This document shows, one piece after another, positions 1 to 8,831 of a DNA stretch of 64,000 nt (position 1 is the first letter of the stretch; every line of letters starts with the position of its first letter). The notes below the pieces were generated by a model. It was not told the DNA's origin, did not search any database, and saw nothing but the letters and a program-made list of their open reading frames with translations. The stretch is taken from the NCBI GenBank assembly GCA_951812955.1, contig OX638340.1, positions 3,360,001 to 3,424,000 of the forward strand, in the 5' to 3' direction. A program made the position numbers and the translations under genes. Origin of the DNA: an uncultured Gemmatimonadota bacterium (GTDB lineage: Bacteria; JAAXHH01).

Positions 1-1202
1 CAACGCACGTCGAACTGTCCTCCCTGGCGGCCGCCCTGAACGAAATGGCCGCGCAATCAAAGGAAAGGCTTTCGCAGATCCGGGAAGAAAACGCCCAGCT
101 CGAAGCGGTGCTGTCCGGCATGGCGGAAGGCGTAATGGTGACCTCCGCGGAAGGGCGTATCCTGATGGTCAACCCGGCTTTCAAGCGCATGATGGACGTG
201 GACGCATGGTGCCTGAACAAGCGGCCCATCGAGGTAGTCCGCAACCACGACCTGCAAAGCGTTGTGGAGGCCGCGATCGATTCGGCGCCCTCCCTGCACG
301 AGGATGCCGTGATCGACCTGACGCTGGAGTGGAGCCAGCGCATCTTCCAGGTGCATCTGACCCCTATACGCATCGGCGAGCGGCTTCATGGCGTGGTTGC
401 CGTGTTTCACGACATGACCGAACTGCGCCACCTGGAGCAGGTTCGGAAAGACTTCGTGGCCAACGTGTCCCACGAACTGCGGACGCCCCTGACCTCCATC
501 AAAGGCTATGTCGAAACGTTGCTGGACGGCGCCATGGAGGATTCCGACGCGCTGCGCCGATTTATGACGTCCATCCAGCACCATGCCGACCGGCTGCAGG
601 CGCTGGTCGAGGACCTTCTGCAACTGTCCAGAATAGAGTCGGGCCGGTACGAGGTCGAATTCACGGCCTGCCACCTGGACCGGGTTTCGGAGCGGGTCGC
701 CGAGATCTTCGCGAAGCAGATCGACCGCAAGCAGCTTGTTTTCTCGTTGCGGTTCGAAACGGACAACCCGGCGCGCGGAGACCCCGAACTCATGGAACGG
801 GCCCTGTCCAACCTGGTGGACAACGCCGTGAAATACACGGAGAAAGGCGGATCGATCGCCATCCGCACCGTGGAAAGGGACGACGAAATCATCCTGTCGG
901 TCGCCGATACGGGACCGGGCATACCGTCCGATGCGCTCCCACGTATTTTCGAACGCTTTTTCCGGGTGGACCGGGCACGGTCCAGGGCGCTGGGCGGAAC
1001 AGGCCTGGGTCTCGCGATCGTCCGGCACACCATGGAATTGCTCGGTGGCAAGGCATGGGTCGAGAGCAGGCTCGGCGAAGGCGCGACCTTCTACCTTTCC
1101 CTGCCCGTGTGGGCGGAGGATGAGCAAGCCGGCGATTCGAACCGTGCGCTTCGGACGGCGCGGGAAGAAAACCCCGAAACCCCAACGGGCAGTCAGGCTT
1201 AA
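1..1202 (+). CDS. phoR: Sensor histidine kinase, PhoR-like (5' partial; reading frame is open to position 3 upstream of the listed ATG at 45)
   Basis: PAS-like segment, then HisKA H-box FVANVSHELRTPLTSIKGY, then HATPase_c G-box GGTGLGLAIVRH. No in-frame stop between nt 3 and 45 (VELSSLAAALNEMA looks like a HAMP end). pstCAB-phoU and ppk lie in the same neighbourhood. Confidence 0.6.
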   Translation, partial: THVELSSLAAALNEMAAQSKERLSQIREENAQLEAVLSGMAEGVMVTSAEGRILMVNPAFKRMMDVDAWCLNKRPIEVVRNHDLQSVVEAAIDSAPSLHEDAVIDLTLEWSQRIFQVHLTPIRIGERLHGVVAVFHDMTELRHLEQVRKDFVANVSHELRTPLTSIKGYVETLLDGAMEDSDALRRFMTSIQHHADRLQALVEDLLQLSRIESGRYEVEFTACHLDRVSERVAEIFAKQIDRKQLVFSLRFETDNPARGDPELMERALSNLVDNAVKYTEKGGSIAIRTVERDDEIILSVADTGPGIPSDALPRIFERFFRVDRARSRALGGTGLGLAIVRHTMELLGGKAWVESRLGEGATFYLSLPVWAEDEQAGDSNRALRTAREENPETPTGSQA

Positions 1203-1337
1203 AAGAACCATCCCCCCTGATCTCTGCGCCTGGTTGGACCGGGGACGGTCCAGCCGAAGCCGCAGGTACCGCGGTCTGTTCATCAGAAAAACACCATCGG
1301 ATCACGGGTGTTTTCAGGGCAAAACACACATTAGCCC

Positions 1338-1366
1338 TTGACAGTCCCAACCCTCCGGCATTTATT
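1338..1366 (+). promoter_or_regulatory. Candidate sigma70-like promoter (TTGACA-N17-TTTATT) upstream of the tandem small membrane protein genes
   Basis: TTGACA at 1338-1343 and TTTATT at 1361-1366 with a 17-nt spacer, in a lower-GC intergenic stretch. Confidence 0.25.
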
Positions 1367-1615
1367 AGGTACATAATCCAAAAAACGCAATAGAACAATC
1401 GGGAATCAGGCCCGATTTCGCAGGACTCCGACCAGGCTTCTGAAGGCAGTCATGACGCGCGGACGCGTGCGCTTGACTGAACCGGTTTGAAGGAAGTTAG
1501 CGACCGGTGCGGCTTACTGTGCGTACCCGACGCAAGTTCGTCTCGCCGTCGTTTCACGTCATCGGTGCGCGAATGCGGATGCGGTGGCATAACCATTCTC
1601 CTCCAGGAGGTAGGT

Positions 1616-1945
1616 ATGGCAACCAGAGTTATTGTGGGACTGATCGCCCTTCTGTCCATCGTGCAGGGTTTGGCAGGCGGCATGATGGCAGATGGCGGTA
1701 TCGTGATGCTCGTGATCGTGCTCCTGGGCATCATTTACGGTTTCATGGGGGTGGACGCGGAGGACGCGACGGACTATCTCGTCGTGACAATTGCGGTCGG
1801 CGCGGCGGCGAGCGCAAATGCACTGAGCGGAATACCGGGCATTGGGATGCACTTGGACAATATACTCGATCCCGCGAGCATGGCCCTCTACGCCAGCGTA
1901 GCTTCCATTCTGATCATGCGTACGGTCAACCGGATGAAGGGTTGA
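1616..1945 (+). CDS. Small integral membrane protein (109 aa, ~3-4 TM), paralog A of a tandem pair; function unknown
   Basis: Strong SD AGGAGG 6 nt before the ATG at 1616. Starts MATRVIVGL..., closely parallel to paralog B (MATRIIVGL...). Hydrophobic TM segments. The ORF-track start at 1487 is rejected. Confidence 0.6.
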   Translation: MATRVIVGLIALLSIVQGLAGGMMADGGIVMLVIVLLGIIYGFMGVDAEDATDYLVVTIAVGAAASANALSGIPGIGMHLDNILDPASMALYASVASILIMRTVNRMKG

Positions 1946-2039
1946 CGATCGCGCCCGTGGATCCCTGGAACCAGTCCGGGCGATTCACCTGGAACGGTCG
2001 CATTTAGGATTCGCAATCCCCGTTTAGGAGGTTAGGTCT

Positions 2040-2369
2040 ATGGCAACACGAATTATCGTTGGACTTTCGCTTCTGCTGGCGGTGGTAGAAACACTGGCGC
2101 CCGGCGCCCTGTTATCATCAATGATCGTGATGATGGCGCTGGCGATCCTTGGCCTGCTCTATGGGCATATGGCGATCGATGCGGAAGATGCGACGGGCTA
2201 CCTGGCGGTCACGATAGCCGTAGGTGCGGCGTCGGGCATGGACGTGCTAGGTAATATCCCGGCAGTCGGCAGCTACCTCGACGGCATCATGGACATGGTC
2301 ACCGTCGTCCTATACGCCGGCGTCGCATCCATACTCGTCAAGCGGGTGAAAGCCCGCATCGGGTGGTAG
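2040..2369 (+). CDS. Small integral membrane protein (109 aa), paralog B (~45% identity to A)
   Basis: SD AGGAGG before the ATG. Shared motifs with A: DAEDATxYLxVTIAVGAA and YA(S/G)VASIL. Confidence 0.6.
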   Translation: MATRIIVGLSLLLAVVETLAPGALLSSMIVMMALAILGLLYGHMAIDAEDATGYLAVTIAVGAASGMDVLGNIPAVGSYLDGIMDMVTVVLYAGVASILVKRVKARIGW

Positions 2370-2393
2370 TGTCGTAAAAAAGAAGCAGACGTA

Positions 2394-2455
2394 GAAAAAA
2401 ACAGGCGGATCGGGGAGTCCTTGAACTTCCCTGGTCCGCCTGTTTCGATAATACC
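2394..2455. terminator. Bidirectional rho-independent terminator between the convergent small-protein gene and ppk
   Basis: Perfect inverted repeat CAGGCGGA...TCCGCCTG (2401-2408 / 2443-2450), flanked by an A7 run on one side and TTT on the other. Confidence 0.5.
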
Positions 2456-2504
2456 AAACTTAAAAAGGGTCCTGGCCGGCCCTTATAAGGATCCTTTCTC
2501 CCCT

Positions 2505-4802
2505 TCAGGCTTCCGTCCTGCCCTTCAAAGGAGCCGTCCTCCCCTTCAGGCTTCCGGCCCCACGCGTACGAGCGCGTTTCGAGCCGTTGTTGACCCTGAC
2601 CGTTTCACAGGCCTGTTCGTATAATTCCCTCTGAGACTGTAAACGACTACCCGCCTTCTTCACGTACCGGTACGTTCCATCCGACTGCAATTCCCGCGCC
2701 TTCACGTTGTCCTTCAACTGGATTTTCAAATACGCCCACAGTTCCGCCTGGAGCGCACGGTCGACGACCGGGAAGGAAACTTCAACGCGCCGGTTGAGAT
2801 TCCGGTCCATCCAGTCCGCGCTGGAAAAGTAATACTCCGGGTCTCCGTCGTTGTAGAAATAGAAGAGGCGGACGTGTTCGAGAAACCGGTCGACGATGCT
2901 GATGACGCTGATGTTCTCGCTCAGACCCGGAACACCTGGTCTCAGGCAGCATATGCCCCGAATGATCAGCTGAATCTGCACGCCGGCCTGTGACGCCTGG
3001 TACAGCTCGACGATCATGTCCGGGTCGACGAGCGAATTGATCTTGGCGATTATGAGGGCCGGCTGGCCGTTTCGGGCCCGCTCGCTTTCCCTCCGCAGCC
3101 TTTTAACCATGTCCTCCCGCATCGACGTGGGAGAAAGGATGAGGTGGTGAAAGTGCTTGGGCAGCGCGTAACCCGTCAGCAGGTTGAACAACTGCGTTAC
3201 GTCCTCGCCGAATTCCTCCTTGTCCGTGAACAGGCCGAAATCGGCGTATATCCGTGCCGTCTTGTCGTTGTAATTCCCCGTGCCCAGGTGACAGTAGCGG
3301 TGAATTGCGTCGCCTTCGCGGCGCACCACCAGGCAGGCCTTGCAATGGACCTTTATGCCTGGTATGCCGTAGATGACGTGGGCCCCCGCTTCCTCGAGCT
3401 GCCTTGCCCACTGGATGTTCGCCGCCTCGTCGAACCGGGCCTTCAATTCCAGCAGCACCGATACTTCCTTGCCGTTTTCCGCCGCCCGGGTCAGCGCCCG
3501 TGTAATCGGCGAGTTTGCGCTCACTCGGTACAGCGTCATCTTGATGGCGAGCACGCTGGGGTCTTCCGCCGCTTCCGAAACGAAACGGACTACCGCGTTG
3601 AACTGATGGAAGGGGTGGTGCAGCAGGATGTCTTCCTTCTTGATGGCGTCCCATATGGAAGGGGCTCCCTCGAAGGACATCGCCGGCTGGGGCGGGAAGG
3701 GTTCGTCCATGAGATCCGGCCGGTCGATGGCATCGTAGAACTCGATGAGATCGGAAAAGGCGGTGAAACCCTCCGTGGGGTAAAGGTCCTCCTGCTCCAG
3801 TTCCAGTTCGTCCACCAGGATGTCCAGGACGCGGGTGGATAACTCCGGATCGTACTGCAGCCGGACGGCAGCCCCGTTTCGCCGGTTTCTTATGCCCTCC
3901 TCGATGACCGTCAGCAGGTCCTCCGCGCCTTCCTCCTCGTAGTCCACGTCGGCGTCCCGCGTCACGCGGATCGACGCGCAGTTCAGCACCTCGTAGCCGT
4001 TGTAGAACAGGTCGAGGTTCATGAGGATGACGTCCTCCAGCATGAAGAACGCCTGCCGGCCGTTCTCGGACGGTAGTTCGAGGAATCGCGGCATGACGGA
4101 TGTGGGCAGGTGGATGACTGAAAGGTTTGTGTGGGGAAAGACGGACCGCTGGATCTTCCGGATTTCAGCCACCAGGCAGAGCGTGCCGTTGGCCAGGTAG
4201 GGAAAGGGATGTCCCGGGTCTACCGCCAGCGGGGTCACCACGGGCAGTATGGTCTTCCGGAAGTACTCGTCCAGGTAGGCCTTCTGCGAAGGGCTGAGCT
4301 GTTCGGGCTTGAGTATGTCGATGCCCTGCTCGGTGAGCTGCGGGAAGATCTCGTTGATGAACAAGCCGTGCTGCTTGTTGACCAGTTCGTGCATCCTGGC
4401 CGAAAGGGCGGTCATCACCTCTCTGGGACTCAGGCCGTCCGCGGTCCGCGTGGATTGGATCTGCGCATCGATCTGTCTTTTGACGCCGGCGACGCGGATC
4501 ATGAAGAATTCGTCCAGATTGGTACTGAATATGGCCAGGAACTTCACTCGTTCCAGCAGGGGCACCGACGGATCGAGCGCTTCCTCGAGCACCCGCGCGT
4601 TGAACTCCATCCAGCTGAGTTCCCGGTTGAAGAAGTGCTCCGGGCGCCAGTAGTTCGTCACCAGCGGTGCCGTGGACGGCCGGGGCTTTCGGGTGAAGCG
4701 CCGGCCGGCTCGCTTAGAGGCGATGGTTCGAACCGTTGCGGTCCTGGCGTTGTTTCTTTTTGCAGTTGGCATTACCAGGTCACCAGAGATGATTGCGGAC
4801 AT
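2505..4802 (-). CDS. ppk: Polyphosphate kinase 1 (the true start may be an internal codon; N-terminus is ~40 aa longer than E. coli PPK)
   Basis: Canonical PPK1 N-domain NRELSWMEFNARVLEEA...VKFLAIFSTNLDEFFMIRVAG and PLD-like C-domains, along 765 aa. Confidence 0.9.
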   Translation of the reverse strand: MSAIISGDLVMPTAKRNNARTATVRTIASKRAGRRFTRKPRPSTAPLVTNYWRPEHFFNRELSWMEFNARVLEEALDPSVPLLERVKFLAIFSTNLDEFFMIRVAGVKRQIDAQIQSTRTADGLSPREVMTALSARMHELVNKQHGLFINEIFPQLTEQGIDILKPEQLSPSQKAYLDEYFRKTILPVVTPLAVDPGHPFPYLANGTLCLVAEIRKIQRSVFPHTNLSVIHLPTSVMPRFLELPSENGRQAFFMLEDVILMNLDLFYNGYEVLNCASIRVTRDADVDYEEEGAEDLLTVIEEGIRNRRNGAAVRLQYDPELSTRVLDILVDELELEQEDLYPTEGFTAFSDLIEFYDAIDRPDLMDEPFPPQPAMSFEGAPSIWDAIKKEDILLHHPFHQFNAVVRFVSEAAEDPSVLAIKMTLYRVSANSPITRALTRAAENGKEVSVLLELKARFDEAANIQWARQLEEAGAHVIYGIPGIKVHCKACLVVRREGDAIHRYCHLGTGNYNDKTARIYADFGLFTDKEEFGEDVTQLFNLLTGYALPKHFHHLILSPTSMREDMVKRLRRESERARNGQPALIIAKINSLVDPDMIVELYQASQAGVQIQLIIRGICCLRPGVPGLSENISVISIVDRFLEHVRLFYFYNDGDPEYYFSSADWMDRNLNRRVEVSFPVVDRALQAELWAYLKIQLKDNVKARELQSDGTYRYVKKAGSRLQSQRELYEQACETVRVNNGSKRARTRGAGSLKGRTAPLKGRTEA

Positions 4803-5067
4803 GCGGCGCGTGACGGTCTCGCGCGCACTACCGCATCACGAATGCTGTTCAGATGTCAGCGGACCGGACGGGACCGGATTGGGCCAGACCGGGCCGGATC
4901 AATATGAATTGCGCCCCGGTCCGAGTAACAATAAAGCGGGACGCAAGGCGATGTTGTCAAGCCGTCTTTACCCTGTCGATCGTGTCTAACAAGAAAAATG
5001 CACATTAGTCATATCGTCATTGCGCCGTCATGGTTTTGTCATTCGACATCGTTATAATAAGCCGTGA

Positions 5068-5613
5068 ATGAACGAAGAACTGACAAAGAATCGTGGAGAA
5101 GTCATGCAAAAGAGTCGTGGCGAAGTCATGAAAATGAATGAAGTGTTGGATGTACTTAAAGGAAGCCTGGCCAAGGTAGACGGCATGAAGTTCTTGCTGG
5201 ACTACGAGGATCTCATCTGGCGCATGGCGCCGAACGCCCAATCCGTACAGGCGTTGCTGGAAGATATGGTCGACGCGGAACAGCAACTCTGGTCCGCCCT
5301 GCTGCCAGGGTGCCTGGAATCCCGGCAACGCCGCATCTTTCAAGATCGTCTCCGCGAACGGAATCGATTCTGGCAAAAGAACGACAACCGCCTCGGCATT
5401 TTCAACCAGTTTCTCAGCAACCGGCGCATTACGCTGCTTCTGCTCGAAGATTTAGCGGGAAATGACTGGAACAGGAATGCCCCCGACGGAATGGATGAAG
5501 GATCCGTCGTCGACCAGGTCGATCGCCTGATCGAGCGCCAGAACCAGTGCCTTACCATGATCCAGGGGATACTGAACGAGCGGTTCGAAGCAATGAAGAA
5601 AAGCGCCGTATGA
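5068..5613 (+). CDS. Hypothetical soluble protein (181 aa) inside an AT-rich patch; N-terminus has two copies of a 24-nt repeat (KNRGEVMQ/KSRGEVMK), so several in-frame SD+ATG starts exist
   Basis: ORF with GGAG-like SDs before the ATGs at 5068, 5104 and 5128. No recognisable domain. Local GC is clearly lower than the ~65% flanks. Confidence 0.4.
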   Translation: MNEELTKNRGEVMQKSRGEVMKMNEVLDVLKGSLAKVDGMKFLLDYEDLIWRMAPNAQSVQALLEDMVDAEQQLWSALLPGCLESRQRRIFQDRLRERNRFWQKNDNRLGIFNQFLSNRRITLLLLEDLAGNDWNRNAPDGMDEGSVVDQVDRLIERQNQCLTMIQGILNERFEAMKKSAV

Positions 5614-5671
5614 GGAACCTGGTGTCTACCACCCGATCTCCGGGAATCACGCCATCAATAAACTCTGTCCT

Positions 5672-5727
5672 TGTCATGGCCTTGTATGCTGTTCGTCACA
5701 GAATCGTCAAACAACCTCTTTATAATG
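5672..5727 (+). promoter_or_regulatory. Pho-box-like direct repeats (TTGTCAT / TTGTATG / TCGTCAC at 11-bp phasing) followed by a perfect TATAAT, about 90-145 bp upstream of the TonB receptor gene
   Basis: Heptads begin at 5672, 5683 and 5694 (11-bp period, TGTCA core as in the E. coli CTGTCAT Pho box). TATAAT at 5722-5727. Confidence 0.35.
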
Positions 5728-5816
5728 CCCGTGTCAATCATGTCTATCATACCAGACTCTCGCATAAAACACGCCTGCAATCGGGTTCATAGAACACAAA
5801 CAGAGGGAGATGCCGC

Positions 5817-8759
5817 ATGACGAATGTCTACCTGTTCTGCAATAACCGGATCTCGAAAACCGGGCCGGGCCGTGTGGCCAGGTCGATGCTCGTCGCAGTG
5901 ATCGCCGTCGCGGTCCTGGTGGGCGCGGCCGCGGAGGCCGGCGCACAGCAGTCCGTGGGCCGCATATCCGGAACGATAGTCGACGCGGAGACCGGCGATT
6001 CCCTGATCGGCGCGACGGTGATGGTGGTGGGACTCGAACTTGGCGCGATGGCCGATCTTGAAGGCGCCTTTCTCATCCGAAACGTCCCCGCCGGCCGGCA
6101 CACCATCCTGGTATCCATGATCGGGTACGGGCAGAAGCGGGTCACCGAGATCCAGGTCGACCCCGGACAGGTGAGTCGAATAGACATCGCCGTCGAGCAG
6201 GAACTTCTCGTGGCGGACGTGGTTGAGGTGACGGCCCGGGCCCTGGAAAACACGGAAGCGGCGCTTCTGAAGCGCCGTCAAAACGCCCTTTCCATCAGTG
6301 ACGCCATCAGCGCGGAGGATATCTCGCGGGGCGCACAGGGCGACGTGGCCGCGGCCATGACCCGCGTCACCGGCGCGTCGGTGGTGGACGGCAAGTACGT
6401 CTACATTCGAGGTCTGGGCGAACGGTACAGCACCGCGCAGTTGAACGGCACGACCTTGCCGAGTACCGATCCCAACAGCCAGTCGGTGCAGATGGATATC
6501 TTCGCGACGAACCTGCTGGACAACATCACCACGGAGAAGTCCTTTACGCCGGACAAACCGGGCAACTTCACCGGCGGCAGCGTCAACGTCAAGACCAAGT
6601 CGCTTCCCGAGTCCTTCACCATGTCTTTCTCCACGTCCACGAAATACAACTCCCAGTCTTCCTTCAAGGACATGTTGAGTTACGACGGCGGTGAATACGA
6701 TTTCCTGGGCTTCGACGACGGCACCCGGGATATACCCCTGCCCCTTCAGAATCCCGAGTTGGATATACCCAGCATTACCAGTGCGTTCCGGGACCCGGAA
6801 GCCGCCCAGTTGCTGGATCTCTATTCCAAGTCGTTCGCAGATAAGTCGATGACGCCGACCACAATAAAAGGCGGACTCGGTCAGAGCTACTCATTTTCGA
6901 TGGGAAACCAGACGACGGTTTTCGACCGCCCGTTCGGGATGTTGGGAAGCGTGAGTTACAATCGAAACATTTCGGCGTACGAGAACGGCGTTTCCGGTAT
7001 ATGGAAACGCGTGTCCAGGGAATCCGAGGGGCTGAACAGAGAGCGGTTCGCCACGGACATGAGCGGTTCCGAGGAGGTGCTCTGGGGCGGACTGTTAAAC
7101 GCCACCTACCAACCGAGCATCACGCACGAAATCGGCGCCAACGTGCTATACAATCGCAGCGGTGAGAAGCTGTCCAGGTTTCAAACCGGCGCCTGGCCTT
7201 CCTCCCTGCCCGGCGACAACGTTCGGTACGAGACCCGCGTGCTGTCCTTCATCGAGCGTGAAATGCGTTCCCTGCAGTTCCGCGGCAAACATGTCCTTCC
7301 GTCCGTATCCAACATGGAAATCGAGTGGACCGGCGCTTTCATCAGGTCTACGCAGGACGAACCGGACCTGCGCTACTTCACCAACGAGTTCCGGACGGTC
7401 GACGCGGCCGGCGAAGGAACTCCGGAAGTGGACAGCTATACAATCGCGCTCTCGAACTACGCGGCACCGACGCGATACTTCAGGAATCTGGAAGAATCGA
7501 ACAGGGACTTCAGGCTGGACCTGACGCTGCCTTTCTCCCAGTGGTCCGGACAAACCGCCCGCCTCAAGGTAGGCGGCGCATACCTGGACAAGGACCACAC
7601 CTTCCGCGAGAGACGCTTTTCCTTCTTCCAGGACGACTTGCAGTACAGGAACGATCCATCAGTCTTCTTTTCCTCCGATCGCACCGGGATACTGCCGGCC
7701 GAGCTCCAAACCACCCCCGGCTTTACCCGGTTCGGGAATTTCGTGTCCGAGGATTCCAAACTCAGAAACAATTACGACGGTGATCAGCAAATCGGCGCCG
7801 GTTACCTGATGCTGGACCTGCCGCTCAGCAGGCAACTCAAGGTCGTTGGCGGCGTCCGCTACGAGTCCACCCTGCTGGACGTGGTCAGCCACGACGATTT
7901 GCTTTCGCCAGGCAGCATGGACGAGAAGGACTGGCTACCGTCGATGAACGTGGTGTACCAGGTCGTGGACGACATGAATGTACGAGGCGCTTTCAGCCGT
8001 ACCCTGGCCAGACCTTCGTTCCGCGAACTTGCGCCGTTCGCTTCCTTCCTCTTCGTCGGCGACTACACTTTCGTCGGCAACAGCGAGTTGAAGCGAACCC
8101 TTATCGAGAATTACGATCTCCGCTGGGAGTGGTTTTCACGGCCCGGCGAGATATACGCCCTCAGCTATTTTTACAAGAAGTTCGAAAACCCGATCGAGCG
8201 CGTGATTGTAACCACGAACGGCGAAATCCAGTTTCAGAATGTCGACAATGCATATGTTACGGGCGTGGAAATGGAATTCCGGAAGCAGCTCGACCAGGTC
8301 CATCCGTTTTTGAGCAACTTCCAGATCGGCGGAAATCTCTCCCTGGTCAGGTCCCAGGTGGATATCGCGCAGTCGGAACTCGCCATTATTCGAGCTCTCG
8401 ATCCAACCGCCGGGGACTCCCGAAAATTGCAGGGCCAGTCACCCTACGTGGTAAATATCGATGCCATGTACGACAACCTCGATACCGGGACCCTGGTCAG
8501 CGTTCATTACAACGTGTTCGGCGAAAGACTTGCCGAGGTCAGCACGGGCGGAACGCCGAACGCCTTCGAGCAGCCCGCGGGCATGCTCGATTTCACGGGC
8601 TCGCAGCGGCTCGGAGACCGGGTGACGCTGAAGTTTTCGGCCAAGAACCTCCTCGATCCCGACATCAAGAAAGTCCATCCCTTCAACAACGCGGAGTTCA
8701 TCCGCAGCCTCTACAAGCGGGGAAGAACGTTTACCCTGGGTCTCTCATACGGGATATAG
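5817..8759 (+). CDS. TonB-dependent outer-membrane receptor, SusC-like architecture (CarboxypepD_reg N-domain + plug + 22-strand barrel)
   Basis: SD GAGGGAG before the ATG at 5817. Signal peptide ...AVLVGAAAEAGAQQ. CarbopepD_reg segment ISGTIVDAETGDSLIGATVMVVG...AFLIRNVPAGRHTILVSMIGY. Plug segment VVDGKYVYIRGLGERYSTAQLNG. Barrel ends ...FTLGLSYGI. Confidence 0.8.
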   Translation: MTNVYLFCNNRISKTGPGRVARSMLVAVIAVAVLVGAAAEAGAQQSVGRISGTIVDAETGDSLIGATVMVVGLELGAMADLEGAFLIRNVPAGRHTILVSMIGYGQKRVTEIQVDPGQVSRIDIAVEQELLVADVVEVTARALENTEAALLKRRQNALSISDAISAEDISRGAQGDVAAAMTRVTGASVVDGKYVYIRGLGERYSTAQLNGTTLPSTDPNSQSVQMDIFATNLLDNITTEKSFTPDKPGNFTGGSVNVKTKSLPESFTMSFSTSTKYNSQSSFKDMLSYDGGEYDFLGFDDGTRDIPLPLQNPELDIPSITSAFRDPEAAQLLDLYSKSFADKSMTPTTIKGGLGQSYSFSMGNQTTVFDRPFGMLGSVSYNRNISAYENGVSGIWKRVSRESEGLNRERFATDMSGSEEVLWGGLLNATYQPSITHEIGANVLYNRSGEKLSRFQTGAWPSSLPGDNVRYETRVLSFIEREMRSLQFRGKHVLPSVSNMEIEWTGAFIRSTQDEPDLRYFTNEFRTVDAAGEGTPEVDSYTIALSNYAAPTRYFRNLEESNRDFRLDLTLPFSQWSGQTARLKVGGAYLDKDHTFRERRFSFFQDDLQYRNDPSVFFSSDRTGILPAELQTTPGFTRFGNFVSEDSKLRNNYDGDQQIGAGYLMLDLPLSRQLKVVGGVRYESTLLDVVSHDDLLSPGSMDEKDWLPSMNVVYQVVDDMNVRGAFSRTLARPSFRELAPFASFLFVGDYTFVGNSELKRTLIENYDLRWEWFSRPGEIYALSYFYKKFENPIERVIVTTNGEIQFQNVDNAYVTGVEMEFRKQLDQVHPFLSNFQIGGNLSLVRSQVDIAQSELAIIRALDPTAGDSRKLQGQSPYVVNIDAMYDNLDTGTLVSVHYNVFGERLAEVSTGGTPNAFEQPAGMLDFTGSQRLGDRVTLKFSAKNLLDPDIKKVHPFNNAEFIRSLYKRGRTFTLGLSYGI

Positions 8760-8831
8760 CGCAGAATGACGACTTGCGGGGACGCTCGACCTTTTCAATC
8801 TCAACTGCCAGCTCAATTAAGGAGGAGTAGT

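Noticed and set aside
206-1123. 305-aa alternative-frame ORF within phoR
   Set aside because: Arg/Pro-rich overprinted frame. The histidine kinase frame carries all the conserved motifs.
1236-1251. GGACCGgggaCGGTCC hairpin after phoR as a terminator
   Set aside because: No following T-tract, so only a weak candidate. Not reported as a feature.
1487-1945. Longer 152-aa version of the first small membrane protein
   Set aside because: The paralog comparison (MATRV/MATRI) and the AGGAGG SD point to the ATG at 1616.
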